From: a bacterium
GTDB taxonomy: Bacteria > Hinthialibacterota > Hinthialibacteria > Hinthialibacterales > Hinthialibacteraceae
Assembly (NCBI GenBank): GCA_963662285.2
Contig: CAXXMV010000008.1
Coordinates: 640,001 to 704,000, forward strand
Length of the DNA: 64,000 bases
Direction: 5' to 3'
Position 1 is the first letter of the stretch, and every line of letters starts with the position of its first letter. Position numbers and translations under genes: made by a program. The notes under the pieces were generated by a model, which was not told the origin of the DNA, made no database searches, and saw only the letters and a program-made list of their open reading frames with translations. Of this stretch, positions 10,695-20,913 are shown in pieces.

Positions 10695-11173
10695 TAACGA
10701 CATGGCATTGCACCAAGAAATTTTTTACTCTGATTCCCGTTCTACTTTTAATGTTCTGCATTTGCTGCTCGCCTAAGCCGGATTCCGGCGAAGACGCGCA
10801 AGTCACCAGCAAGGGCAGTTTCGAAGTAACGGCGCAACTGATGGAGATTCCTGAACCTTTTCCCGACATCCCTCTTTACGATTATGCTTTCGTATTGAAA
10901 TACAAGGTGCTGACAAAACACCGGGGTGACCTGGATTCCGAAATAATATACATCGGGCACTACAATCCACTCAAAGCCCGAAACAAAGTAGCCGACGTCC
11001 GTTCGGGCGACATCGGCGGAAACCTCAAAAAATTCAAAGCAGGCGACATCCATCGTATGGCGCTAGAGGTCAACATCGACGATTTCTTCATGGGGGGAAT
11101 CATAAACAAGTATTTTGAACAAGAGACCGGCCCTATCTACTGGGCTGTTTGGACCAATCGGGTAATTCAATAA
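10691..11173 (+). CDS. Putative lipoprotein, small beta-rich domain of unknown function
   Basis: Hydrophobic signal ending in a Cys-rich lipobox-like CICC. Overlaps the upstream stop and ends 4 nt before the MBOAT gene. Confidence 0.6.
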   Translation: MITTWHCTKKFFTLIPVLLLMFCICCSPKPDSGEDAQVTSKGSFEVTAQLMEIPEPFPDIPLYDYAFVLKYKVLTKHRGDLDSEIIYIGHYNPLKARNKVADVRSGDIGGNLKKFKAGDIHRMALEVNIDDFFMGGIINKYFEQETGPIYWAVWTNRVIQ

Positions 11174-11177
11174 TCTT

Positions 11178-12578
11178 ATGGTTTTTACATCACATATTTT
11201 CATCTTCTACTTTTTGCCTGTTGTTCTGTTTACATATTACCTGTTGCCGAAATATCGTAACCTGTTTCTCCTGGCGGCCAGTTACGCCTTTTATGGCTGG
11301 TGGGATCCCTGGTTCGTATTTCTGATGTTCTTCGCCACTCTGGTGAATTACATTGGTGGACATGTGATTGCAAAGTCGAGCGGCAATGAACCAAGGAGAT
11401 ATATAGCGCTTGTCGTCTCCGTGGCAGTCAGTTTGAGTCTGCTGGGATTCTTCAAATACTTTATGTTTTTCCAACAGAACCTGACCTGGATATTAGAACA
11501 ATTCGGCTCGTCGGCGCTGCCATTTATCCAGGTTATCCTTCCGATTGGAATCTCGTTCTTTATTTTCCAAAGCATCAGTTATACGGTTGATGTTTATAGA
11601 GGCGACGCACCGCCGGTTCGGTCGTTATGGGATTTCGCCTGCTTTGTGGCCCTCTTTCCCCAATTGATAGCCGGGCCGATTGTCCGTTATAACACCATAG
11701 CAGATCAGCTGGTTTCCCGGACGCATTCCATCGACAAATTCTCTTCCGGCGTTGCCTTGTTCATCCTGGGATTCGCCAAAAAACTATTCCTGGCTAATTT
11801 CATCGGCAAAGTTGCGGATGCCGTATTCAATGCTGAAGCCCCTGGAATGCTTGACGCCTGGTTTGGCGTCACGGCATACGCCTTTCAAATCTATTTTGAT
11901 TTCTCCGCCTATTCCGATATGGCTATCGGGCTGGGGCGCATGTTTGGCTTCGAGTTTCCCCGCAATTTCAATGCTCCCTATCACGCCGACAGCATCACGG
12001 ATTTCTGGCGGCGCTGGCATATTTCCCTGTCAACATTCCTGCGCGACTACTTGTACATACCACTAGGTGGAAGCCGCAAGGGCGCAAAGCGCACCTACAT
12101 CAATTTGACCATTGTCATGTTGCTTGGTGGTTTATGGCATGGCTCAAGTTGGGTCTTCGTGATTTGGGGGGCGTATCACGGCTTACTGCTGGCGTTTGAA
12201 CGCTGGCGGGGCAAAAAAAGTATATTCGATTCATTGCCCCGTTTCGTGCGGGTGCTTACCACTTTTGTTCTGGTGTTGTTCTCATGGGTCTTATTCCGCT
12301 GCCCTACCCTTGAAGGCGCCGTACACTTTTTCAAGGCCATGTTCGCCATCAACCAAGCTGATAATGGCTCAATATTATTATCAGCGGAACTCTATACCCA
12401 AGGCAATTTTATCTTAATGGTTCTTTGCGCTGTGTTAGCATATCAGAATGTGCAAGCGTTTGATTGGGTAAAGAATTTGACATGGATCAAGGTAGTTTTA
12501 CTGCTGATGCTATTCTGTGTTTCATTGATGGTCATGTTTGCGCAAACCTTTAATCCATTTTTATATTTCCAATTTTAA
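11178..12578 (+). CDS. algI: MBOAT family O-acyltransferase, AlgI/DltB-like
   Basis: MVFTSHIF start, LPIGISFFIFQSISY, FPQLIAGPIVRY, DFWRRWHISLS, GLWHG (catalytic His) and FLYFQF C-terminus. Confidence 0.9.
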   Translation: MVFTSHIFIFYFLPVVLFTYYLLPKYRNLFLLAASYAFYGWWDPWFVFLMFFATLVNYIGGHVIAKSSGNEPRRYIALVVSVAVSLSLLGFFKYFMFFQQNLTWILEQFGSSALPFIQVILPIGISFFIFQSISYTVDVYRGDAPPVRSLWDFACFVALFPQLIAGPIVRYNTIADQLVSRTHSIDKFSSGVALFILGFAKKLFLANFIGKVADAVFNAEAPGMLDAWFGVTAYAFQIYFDFSAYSDMAIGLGRMFGFEFPRNFNAPYHADSITDFWRRWHISLSTFLRDYLYIPLGGSRKGAKRTYINLTIVMLLGGLWHGSSWVFVIWGAYHGLLLAFERWRGKKSIFDSLPRFVRVLTTFVLVLFSWVLFRCPTLEGAVHFFKAMFAINQADNGSILLSAELYTQGNFILMVLCAVLAYQNVQAFDWVKNLTWIKVVLLLMLFCVSLMVMFAQTFNPFLYFQF

Positions 12579-12593
12579 TATTACGGTGACTCG

Positions 12594-13721
12594 ATGGAAA
12601 AGACATATAAATATTTACTGAGTATGGTTTTCGTACTTATCATTTGCACCGAAGGCATTCTGCAATCAGTGATCGAAGCAGCCGATGGCGAGCGTCCATT
12701 CATTATTGAATTATTCTTGCAGAATCCCAACCGGACGAACTTAAGAACATTCGAAAATGAACTGGAAAATAGAAGTTATCTATCGAATAAAACTCAACCA
12801 TTCATGCGTTCCCTGCAATACACTGTACTTAAGGATACCGGCGACAAAGCGCTGATGGGTAAAGATGGATGGTTCTTTTACAAACCGGGCGTTCGTTATC
12901 TAATCGAACCTTGGCCTTCTAAATCCAGACAAGTTTCAGAGCATGATAATATTATATCCGCCATCACCGATTTCCGTGATCAACTTAATTCCAGAGGAAT
13001 TCAACTATTGCTTCTCCCGACGCCGGGAAAAGCCAGCGTCTATCCAGAAATGTTGACATCCAGGACAGAAAAAGAACACAATCCAGTTTACGCTCAAACC
13101 CGAAAAATTCTGAACGATATCCAGGCGGCGGGAATCGAACTAATTGATCTTTTTTCACTTTACCAACAAGAATCAGTTCGTCATGAACCACTCTATCTTA
13201 AACAGGATACTCACTGGTCAACCTATGGCATGCAATTAGCCGCCCAACATACCTCAGAACGCTTGATTGCACTTGAATGGGTGAATCGCAAAACCAAAGA
13301 TTATACTTTGAAACCAGTCGCATTCTCACGATATGGTGATGTCCTCCGTATGATTAAACTGCCAACCTTTGAACGGCAATATGAACCAGAACTTTTGAAA
13401 TGCACACAGGTGATCGATCCCTCAAACGGGTTGCCATACCAGGATGATCCTTTATCAGAAATTCTCGTTATCGGTGATAGTTTCCTGAGAATCTACGAAC
13501 GGGATGAACCCGGATCAGCTGGTTTTGTCTCTCACCTGGCCTATGAAATGAAAACCCCGGTCACGTCAATCATCAACGATGGAGGCGCATCCACCCTGGT
13601 TCGTCAAGAACTATCCCGCAAGTCAAATTTATTGCAAAACAAAAAAGTTGTAATCTGGGAATTCGTAGAACGTGATCTTCTCTACGGAATTGAAGGCTGG
13701 AAAAAAATAGCCATGCGATAG
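12594..13721 (+). CDS. AlgJ/AlgX-like SGNH O-acetyltransferase
   Basis: GKDGWFFY, PGKASVYPE, DTHWS (DxH), GDSF (catalytic Ser) and WEFVER motifs. Directly follows algI. Confidence 0.85.
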   Translation: MEKTYKYLLSMVFVLIICTEGILQSVIEAADGERPFIIELFLQNPNRTNLRTFENELENRSYLSNKTQPFMRSLQYTVLKDTGDKALMGKDGWFFYKPGVRYLIEPWPSKSRQVSEHDNIISAITDFRDQLNSRGIQLLLLPTPGKASVYPEMLTSRTEKEHNPVYAQTRKILNDIQAAGIELIDLFSLYQQESVRHEPLYLKQDTHWSTYGMQLAAQHTSERLIALEWVNRKTKDYTLKPVAFSRYGDVLRMIKLPTFERQYEPELLKCTQVIDPSNGLPYQDDPLSEILVIGDSFLRIYERDEPGSAGFVSHLAYEMKTPVTSIINDGGASTLVRQELSRKSNLLQNKKVVIWEFVERDLLYGIEGWKKIAMR

Positions 13722-13834
13722 CCTATTAGAGCGATGACCAAAATTATATTCGTCTATCATTACCTTTGTTCTTCGTAGAAGCCAATCTTTTTTGGCTTCT
13801 ACGAATTGCATTATGCGCGTTTAACGGGATCATA

Positions 13835-16513
13835 CTACTCTTCAGTTTGAATATTCGGCAATACAACCAAGGGTGGGAAATTGGAATCCACTGTTACCTG
13901 GTCAAAAACCTGTACTTCCGAAAGCAGCACGCCCCATTCTGGACGGCAAGCGCAGGTAACGCGAATATAACGGGCTTTCAACGGCTTGTCGAAAATTACA
14001 CGATAACCGTAATGCAGACGCCCTCCGGCTGGTAGTGACGCAAACTGTGGATCATCATCATGTTCCCATGGAACAAAGTCCGCAGGTGGATTGAATACCT
14101 GGTCATGTTCAGCATATCCTGCCTGTATCCAGGATCGGCCATCCGTTGAAATTTCAACGTCAATCCGGTCCGGGTACGCAAAACGGTATCCTTCAATCGG
14201 TTTGACTTCCGGTTGCCCTGCGTATACCCGCATGGCCGATACCGTCTGTGGTTCTTCCAGGTCCAATGTTACCACTGGCGAGACATCTTTATCAAACATG
14301 ACATTAGTGGGCATATACTTCTCGGATACATAATCATCGGGTGGAGCAACGATGCCATCCGTAAGATCGTGGTCACTGTCAGGATTGCGTTTACTCTGTG
14401 ATCCATCTAAATGGTAAGGTTTGTGAAGCGCCAGATTGGTTCCCCATTGATATCTTTCCCAAGCCGGTTCATCTTTTGACCCCACGTCTTCACCATCGTT
14501 ATAACCATACCGGATAGGGCGGTCGAGTCCATATCCCTGTAGGTTTAGGCGAACCCATTGCATAGTGGGATCCCGGTAGCCGCCCACGTTAATGCAGTAT
14601 TCGTGTTTTAAGGATGTAACAAGTTCAGTATGAGTACGCGTCACATCGCCCGTTTTACGGTGTTCTGTCCAACAATATGTCACTTCAAGGGGAGCGAAAG
14701 CTGTTTGTCGCGGCTCGCGTCGAACGCAGAACGCTGCCGATTGAATCCCCGGAGCGCCATATCCAATAGCTCCATCAAACTCATAACGCAAGAAGATTGT
14801 AGTGGCGCCGGTAGGTATATTTGAAGATTTTACATCAAGCCAAACCATATGATCCCTTGGCATGGAATCATCAGTTTGTTCAAAGTCTTTTGTAAAAGTT
14901 TCACCATCCCAGGAATGGAGAAGAGCGACTCGTTGACCACCGTTATAAACAGTCACATTTCCTCCATACGAAAAGTCATTAATCGGTTTAGGCGTCTCCA
15001 CTTTCCATGTGACATACGCTGGCCGTCCTTTTTCTTTCGGACGGAGTGTGGCTTTATAGAAACCAGGTTTCGGTTCAACTTCAATATTATCTTCTGCGAA
15101 GATAGTCTTCTTATATCTTCCATCCTGTAAAGCCGGGCGTAGAAACAAAGTTTCTACGGGACGCCCAATTTTGGCTTGTACGCGATTAACTCCACGAGTG
15201 AGTTTAGGTAAGGCTGGCCGATTGAGCTGCGTGATTGTTTTAATCACCAGTGCGTCCAATCCAATCCCCGTTGGATCATCCGATTTCATTTTGATCTTTA
15301 CAAGATACTGAGTGACGCCGGCAACAGCATCGCTAAGCGTAATCTCCTCCAAATCGATTTTACCTGTTTTTGCAGCTGTCCATGTCTGAATCCAGTTGAT
15401 CCCCCCATCACGGGATACCGACAAAGTCATTGCATCACTTTTCTTTGACCTAGTACCGTTGATGCGAATTCGAGCCGAGGTCACTACATTAGCTGCATTA
15501 ATTTTGAAAATAACCACACCCGGCGCGTCCCCCTGCTTTGGATGGATTGCCGGCAAGTCTGCATGTTGTTCCCATGATAGCCCTGACTCACTGTAAACAA
15601 GGTCTTTTACCGTAGAGTCCTTCAGGTCAGGCGCAAACTCCCATACGCCGTTAGCGCGGAAATTTCCATGACCATGCTCTTTCTCTGCATCCGTCCCATT
15701 GGGCAGTGGGCGGTAAAAGTGAGCGTCAGGTTGCGGTTCATCGAGTCTCTTAAAATAGCGTGTATAATTCTCACAGGGACGTAAATTCAAGACATAAGGT
15801 TGGCCCCAGCGTGTTAATAGATTGAATTCCTGGATATCGTTCGGTGGAAGGAATGAATCCACCCCGTTAGCGAGGCTTCGTTTATAAAGAACAGGACGGT
15901 CAGCAGCGCATCGCCAGCCTTGATGATCGTTCACGTCATTCACTGGATTTGTTCCGCATTCCGGCGCGAAATTTTTCAAGTAGAGATTTGGATTTTGTTC
16001 GATCTCCCGCGTTGATGCGACCTCACCCTTCTCATTAAATACATAAATGCTCATTGAAGCGTCAAACATATGCCAGTTGTTGCCGCCATCCCAGGATGTT
16101 TCACACACAGTGTGATCGCCCAGCTGAACATAGTGCGCTTTCCAGCCCATATTTAACCAGAAAGTGTTATTCAAGCCTGAAACGATGCCACAGTTACAGT
16201 GGCCATAACTGTTGAAAAGCAGCATCGGATCAATAACCAGTGCGCCATCTTCGACAGGATTGGAGGTTTGTTTGCGAAGCCGCTGTGACCAACGCCAGAT
16301 GTTGATTGCTTTGTCTTGCGGTTTGTCAAACTGTGAAGTAATAGACCATAGATAATGTTCCAGGTCTGTCATATCCGGTGCGTTATCAGTCACAATCGTA
16401 ACGTTATAAGCCGCACCATTACCATCAGATGATAGAACAACACTGGCATGTATGGATAACATACCCAAAAACAGCATCAGGGATGCAATAAAAACAAGTT
16501 TAGATTTCATCAT
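13835..16513 (-). CDS. Secreted protein with N-terminal transglutaminase-like (Cys-His-Asp) domain and C-terminal F5/8 type C (discoidin)-like domain
   Basis: Signal peptide MMKSKLVFIAS.... Putative triad in GHCNCG, DHTVCE and WHMFDAS. C-terminal NLALHKPY...LTDG...VTLDL...ARYIRV...SEVQVF. The listed ORF is 13835..16552; the start is probably at the MMK. Confidence 0.7.
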   Translation of the reverse strand: MMKSKLVFIASLMLFLGMLSIHASVVLSSDGNGAAYNVTIVTDNAPDMTDLEHYLWSITSQFDKPQDKAINIWRWSQRLRKQTSNPVEDGALVIDPMLLFNSYGHCNCGIVSGLNNTFWLNMGWKAHYVQLGDHTVCETSWDGGNNWHMFDASMSIYVFNEKGEVASTREIEQNPNLYLKNFAPECGTNPVNDVNDHQGWRCAADRPVLYKRSLANGVDSFLPPNDIQEFNLLTRWGQPYVLNLRPCENYTRYFKRLDEPQPDAHFYRPLPNGTDAEKEHGHGNFRANGVWEFAPDLKDSTVKDLVYSESGLSWEQHADLPAIHPKQGDAPGVVIFKINAANVVTSARIRINGTRSKKSDAMTLSVSRDGGINWIQTWTAAKTGKIDLEEITLSDAVAGVTQYLVKIKMKSDDPTGIGLDALVIKTITQLNRPALPKLTRGVNRVQAKIGRPVETLFLRPALQDGRYKKTIFAEDNIEVEPKPGFYKATLRPKEKGRPAYVTWKVETPKPINDFSYGGNVTVYNGGQRVALLHSWDGETFTKDFEQTDDSMPRDHMVWLDVKSSNIPTGATTIFLRYEFDGAIGYGAPGIQSAAFCVRREPRQTAFAPLEVTYCWTEHRKTGDVTRTHTELVTSLKHEYCINVGGYRDPTMQWVRLNLQGYGLDRPIRYGYNDGEDVGSKDEPAWERYQWGTNLALHKPYHLDGSQSKRNPDSDHDLTDGIVAPPDDYVSEKYMPTNVMFDKDVSPVVTLDLEEPQTVSAMRVYAGQPEVKPIEGYRFAYPDRIDVEISTDGRSWIQAGYAEHDQVFNPPADFVPWEHDDDPQFASLPAGGRLHYGYRVIFDKPLKARYIRVTCACRPEWGVLLSEVQVFDQVTVDSNFPPLVVLPNIQTEE

Positions 16514-16687
16514 CAAATTCCACCTGTTCGTTGTAATTATTGAAATCAACATAAATATTATGTCAACTATTATACAATACTAGCGTTACCCTGGTCTTCT
16601 ATTGTATTATTAATAAGGAACATATATCGATTTCAATACGACTGATTATAAGTATATATTTGATCGGCGTTTCAATGGAGAATAGCG

Positions 16688-17785
16688 ATTATTACTCGTA
16701 TCTTTTTTATCCTGATAATTTTCGTCTCTGGTTTCTTCCTGGTGCAATGGGAACTTCTTCCATTACTGGAAACAAATGAATCCAAACCAGAAATAGAACA
16801 GATAAAGGGCGTTCCCGACGTTCGCGTTATAACACAGCCCATCAAAATCACATCGAACGATATCAATTTCGAAGTGATGGGTTCTGGCCGGGCCAGGCAA
16901 TCCGTGCAAATCTATCCGGCGGTAACTGAAGAAATAACTGCGCTATATTTCAAGGCTGGAGATAAAGTTAAAGCAGGCGCCATCCTGGTTCAATTGGATG
17001 ACCGGGAAGAAAATCTTGCTGTTCAGATGGCCGAAGTCCGGCTCAAAGATGCACAAAGTTTATTAAAACGTTATCAATTGGCGGTCAAAGACGGCGCTGT
17101 TCCAGAAAGTGATGTAGATTCTGCTCAGGCCGCGGTCGATGTCGCCCAAGTTGTGTTGGCTCAAGCAAAACTGGCCGTCGAAGAAAGAAAAATTCGCGCT
17201 CCATTCGATGGCGTCCTTGGTATACCCCGTGTAGACCCAGGCGAAAGAGTCAGCGGTAATACCCTGATTACCAGTATTGATGACCGTTCCATATTGCATG
17301 TTGATTTTGAGGTTCCCGAAGTGTTGGCGGTTGAACTTAAAAAAGAAAACACAATTACCGCGCACACGCCTGCCTATCCCAACATAACCTTTACCGGCGC
17401 GATAGAGGCGCTTGAAAGCCGGGTGGATCGTCAAAAAAGAACCATTATGACGCGCGCCAGCATTAAGAATGATCAAGATCTGCTTCGCCCCGGTATGTCA
17501 TTTATGACCCGCCTGGAAATAGCTGGCAAAGATTACCCAACCGTTCCTGAGATTTCCTTACAATGGGGTCGGGATGGTTCTTTTATATGGGTTATCCGCG
17601 ATAATCTCGCCAAACGCATCCCCGTTCGCGTGGTCGCCAGAACCGCAGGAGATGTTTTAGTTGAAAGTGAAATCGATGAGACCGATCAAGTTGTGGTCGA
17701 AGGATTGCAACGTTTACAGCCTGACCGCAAAGTCATTGTATCCAGTAATACCAAATCCTCCGAATTATTAACAAAGAGTCCATAA
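16688..17785 (+). CDS. RND efflux periplasmic adaptor (membrane fusion protein)
   Basis: GDKVKAGAILVQLD, IRAPFDG and LRPGM motifs. The N-terminal TM segment lies in frame upstream of the listed GTG at 16742, so the start is placed at the ATT at 16688 (see findings). Confidence 0.88.
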   Translation: MITRIFFILIIFVSGFFLVQWELLPLLETNESKPEIEQIKGVPDVRVITQPIKITSNDINFEVMGSGRARQSVQIYPAVTEEITALYFKAGDKVKAGAILVQLDDREENLAVQMAEVRLKDAQSLLKRYQLAVKDGAVPESDVDSAQAAVDVAQVVLAQAKLAVEERKIRAPFDGVLGIPRVDPGERVSGNTLITSIDDRSILHVDFEVPEVLAVELKKENTITAHTPAYPNITFTGAIEALESRVDRQKRTIMTRASIKNDQDLLRPGMSFMTRLEIAGKDYPTVPEISLQWGRDGSFIWVIRDNLAKRIPVRVVARTAGDVLVESEIDETDQVVVEGLQRLQPDRKVIVSSNTKSSELLTKSP

Positions 17786-17787
17786 TC

Positions 17788-20700
17788 ATGAGCCGCGCAT
17801 CGAAATCCTTTACCGCTTTAGGCGTTCGTCGGCCTGTGATGGCAGTTGTATTGAACTTATTAATCATACTTGCGGGCATCGCCAGTCTGATGGGAGTGGA
17901 TGTCCGTGAGTTGCCTGATGTCGATACTCCAACCGTTTCAGTACGGGCAACATTCGAAGGCGCTTCTCCTGAAACGATGGATACCGAAGTTACCAGTATC
18001 CTGGAAGGCGCCATTGCCCGCGTGCAAGGCGTTAAAACGATTCGCGCATCCAGTGAAGAAAATTACTGTAGAATATTTATCGAGTTTCAACCTTATATTG
18101 ATATTGATGTCGCCGCCAATGATGTCCGGGAGGCCATCAGCCGCAGAATGCGCGACCTACCTGATGAGATAGAAGACTTCTTCATCATGAAAGGCAATTT
18201 CGATGATGCTTCGGTTGCTGAACTTTCCGTTTATAGCGATACGTTGTCAAAAGAAGAATTAGCCAAACGGGTTGAAAAAGATATTGCGCCTCATTTTCTT
18301 TCCATTCCCGGAGTCGCCGATGTTGAAATGTCTGGCGATCAACAGCGCGTACTGCGTGTTTTACTTGATCCCGCCCGTATGGCGGGTTTGCGCGTATCCG
18401 TCAGTGAAGTAATTGACGCCTTACGCGATGCGCGACTTGATGTCCCTGCAGGTAGTTATGAATCGGAAGATCAGGAACTGATTATTCGAGCCGAAGCAAC
18501 CGTCATTCAGCCCAAGCGCGTAGAAGAACTTTATATTCGCGGCAATATTCGCATTGGTGATGTCGGCGTCGTGTTTTTCGGACCTGAGGACGCGGAAGAT
18601 TATTCAATGCTCAATGGACGCGTCGTCATCGGCATGGGCATCATCCGCCAATCCGGTGCGAACACCATTACTATTTCATCCGAGGTGGATAAAAAAGTTG
18701 CTGAAATAAATCAACGCGTCAATGAGTTTCATTTAACCAAAACATCAGACAACGCAATCTTTATCGAAGGAGCGCTCAAAGAAGTAGTGTTTTCTTTGCT
18801 CTGCGCTATAGGTATTGTGTTGATCGTAATCGCCGTCTTTTTGGGACGATGGCGAACGACATTAATCCCTGCGGTAACCATACCGGTCTCTCTCATCGGC
18901 ACGGTAGCGGCTGTCTGGCTATTAGGATTTTCGATTAATCTACTCACCTTATTGGCATTGGTCTTAGCGACTGGGTTGATTGTCGATGACGCCATTGTTG
19001 TGCTGGAAAACATTCAGCGCCGTCATAACCTGGGATTGGAAAAGATGGCTGCGTCCGTCCTGGGAACGCAACAAGTCTTCTTTGCTGTAATCGCAACAAC
19101 GCTGACTTTAGTCTCTGTATTTCTTCCGATATCATTTCTGCCCAGCCGGACCGGTATGTTGTTTCGCGAGTTCGGGTTGGTTCTGGCGGTTGCCGTCTGC
19201 ATAAGTTCCTTTGTCGCATTGACCTTATGCCCGATGATGGCTTCGCGTCTTCCCGAAGCATCTAAAAAAGGATTCATCATGGGCGGGATTATGGATATTC
19301 TCGCCCAGATAGGATGGGGATTAAGTTTTCTTTATTTTCAATCATTACGGATATTTCTTCAACACCGCTATTTATCACTGATACTGGCGTTGATTTTGGC
19401 TGGTTATGGCGCATCGTTCTTTATGAAAATTAATCAGGAACTTCTTCCCCAGGAAGACCGTGGAGTCATCTCTATAATGGCAACCGGGCCGGATGGAGCT
19501 TCACTCAGTTACTCCGACCGGCAGGCGGAGAAAGTAGAAGCAATCCTCTATCCATATCAAGAATCTGGATTGATTAAAGATATTTATACAACAGTCGGAC
19601 GGTACGATAAAAATCGCTCAATGACAATCGCCACTCTAAAGCATTGGGATGAGCGAACGATTACCCAACAAGAACTCGAGAAAGAGATCAATGAGAAACT
19701 CGTCCAGATACCCGGTACGCAAGTCACGATTCGTCGAGGCAACAGTTTAGGAATACGGGGCGCCGGATCAGGCATTAGCATCGCCCTGACCGGCAATGAT
19801 TACAATGATATCTTGCAGGTAGCCGTAAAGTTCAAGTCGGAATTAGAGAAACGCATTCCAATTATTGATGATGTCCAAATCAGTTTTGATACGTCTCAAC
19901 CTGAACTGTCATTCAATATTGATCGAAACCGGGTTAGCGACCTGAACGTATCGCTTGATGCTATCTCCCAAACCCTGCGGGTTATGGTTGACCGCTATGA
20001 TGTAGCTGATCTCAGCATTGATGATGAAGCCGTGCCCATTATGCTGGGTTCCATCCAAGGAGCTGCAGATGATCCCAACGACTTACTTAATATTTTTATT
20101 CCCAACCGCAATCGCGAATTAGTCCCGCTTACTACCTTGGTGGACATCAAAGAAGCAGGCGTCGCCGCTCAATTGGATCGTCACGCCCAACGCCGGGCTA
20201 TTGAAATGAATATCACTTTCCCTCCTGGCAATTCCTTAGGCGTTTTAGTAAACCAGATACAATCTATCGCCAACGAGGTCTTGCCGTTAGATACAGGTAT
20301 TTTGTTCCGTGGTGAAGCCGCTACGTTGAACGAAAACAATTATGAAGTGGCCATGACCTTTCTGATCGCGCTTTTGGTGATCTTTCTTGTTTTAGCCGCC
20401 CAATTTGAAAGCATCGGCAGTGCGTTAATTGTCATTTTCACGGTTCCCTTTGGATTGGCCGCCGCTGCCTTTGCACTCTCCATGTCGCATCAGACCTTGA
20501 ATGTCTATAGCCAGATCGGTTTTGTTATGCTGATCGGATTAATGACCAAAAATGCCATTCTTCTTGTCGAGTTTATGGATCAACTTCGTGATGAAGGACG
20601 TAGTGTATATGAGGCGATCATAGAAGGCATCGAAGTCCGCCTTCGCCCACTTGTAATGACTGTATTATCCACTGTTCTTGGCAGCCTACCATTGATATTG

Positions 20701-20913
20701 AGCCAAGGTCCAGGGGCGGAAGCGCGCAGTGCGATTGGGTGGGTTGTGTTTGGCGGCCTGGGCTTGTCATCCTTGTTTACATTGTACCTCACTCCATTGG
20801 GATATTTATTGATTGCTCCCTGGATGAAACCCCGCAGTCACGCCGAACGTCGGCTTGAGATGGAACTGGAAAAAGCGGAACAAGAAGAAATGCTTGAAGA
20901 GGCGATCCAATGA
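17788..20913 (+). CDS. RND efflux permease (AcrB/AcrD/AcrF family)
   Basis: 1041 aa; RRPV, GLIVDDAIVVLENI, KNAILLVEF and RLRPLVMT motifs. Confidence 0.95.
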   Translation: MSRASKSFTALGVRRPVMAVVLNLLIILAGIASLMGVDVRELPDVDTPTVSVRATFEGASPETMDTEVTSILEGAIARVQGVKTIRASSEENYCRIFIEFQPYIDIDVAANDVREAISRRMRDLPDEIEDFFIMKGNFDDASVAELSVYSDTLSKEELAKRVEKDIAPHFLSIPGVADVEMSGDQQRVLRVLLDPARMAGLRVSVSEVIDALRDARLDVPAGSYESEDQELIIRAEATVIQPKRVEELYIRGNIRIGDVGVVFFGPEDAEDYSMLNGRVVIGMGIIRQSGANTITISSEVDKKVAEINQRVNEFHLTKTSDNAIFIEGALKEVVFSLLCAIGIVLIVIAVFLGRWRTTLIPAVTIPVSLIGTVAAVWLLGFSINLLTLLALVLATGLIVDDAIVVLENIQRRHNLGLEKMAASVLGTQQVFFAVIATTLTLVSVFLPISFLPSRTGMLFREFGLVLAVAVCISSFVALTLCPMMASRLPEASKKGFIMGGIMDILAQIGWGLSFLYFQSLRIFLQHRYLSLILALILAGYGASFFMKINQELLPQEDRGVISIMATGPDGASLSYSDRQAEKVEAILYPYQESGLIKDIYTTVGRYDKNRSMTIATLKHWDERTITQQELEKEINEKLVQIPGTQVTIRRGNSLGIRGAGSGISIALTGNDYNDILQVAVKFKSELEKRIPIIDDVQISFDTSQPELSFNIDRNRVSDLNVSLDAISQTLRVMVDRYDVADLSIDDEAVPIMLGSIQGAADDPNDLLNIFIPNRNRELVPLTTLVDIKEAGVAAQLDRHAQRRAIEMNITFPPGNSLGVLVNQIQSIANEVLPLDTGILFRGEAATLNENNYEVAMTFLIALLVIFLVLAAQFESIGSALIVIFTVPFGLAAAAFALSMSHQTLNVYSQIGFVMLIGLMTKNAILLVEFMDQLRDEGRSVYEAIIEGIEVRLRPLVMTVLSTVLGSLPLILSQGPGAEARSAIGWVVFGGLGLSSLFTLYLTPLGYLLIAPWMKPRSHAERRLEMELEKAEQEEMLEEAIQ

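Noticed and set aside
13766-14035. 89-aa plus-strand ORF after the AlgJ-like gene, and the many other short ORFs overlapping long genes
   Set aside because: They are antisense or out-of-frame shadows of well-supported genes and have no recognisable motifs.
16549-16563. Short palindrome ACATAA-ATA-TTATGT in the divergent promoter region
   Set aside because: A 6-bp AT-rich stem is expected by chance here, and no regulator gene is adjacent.
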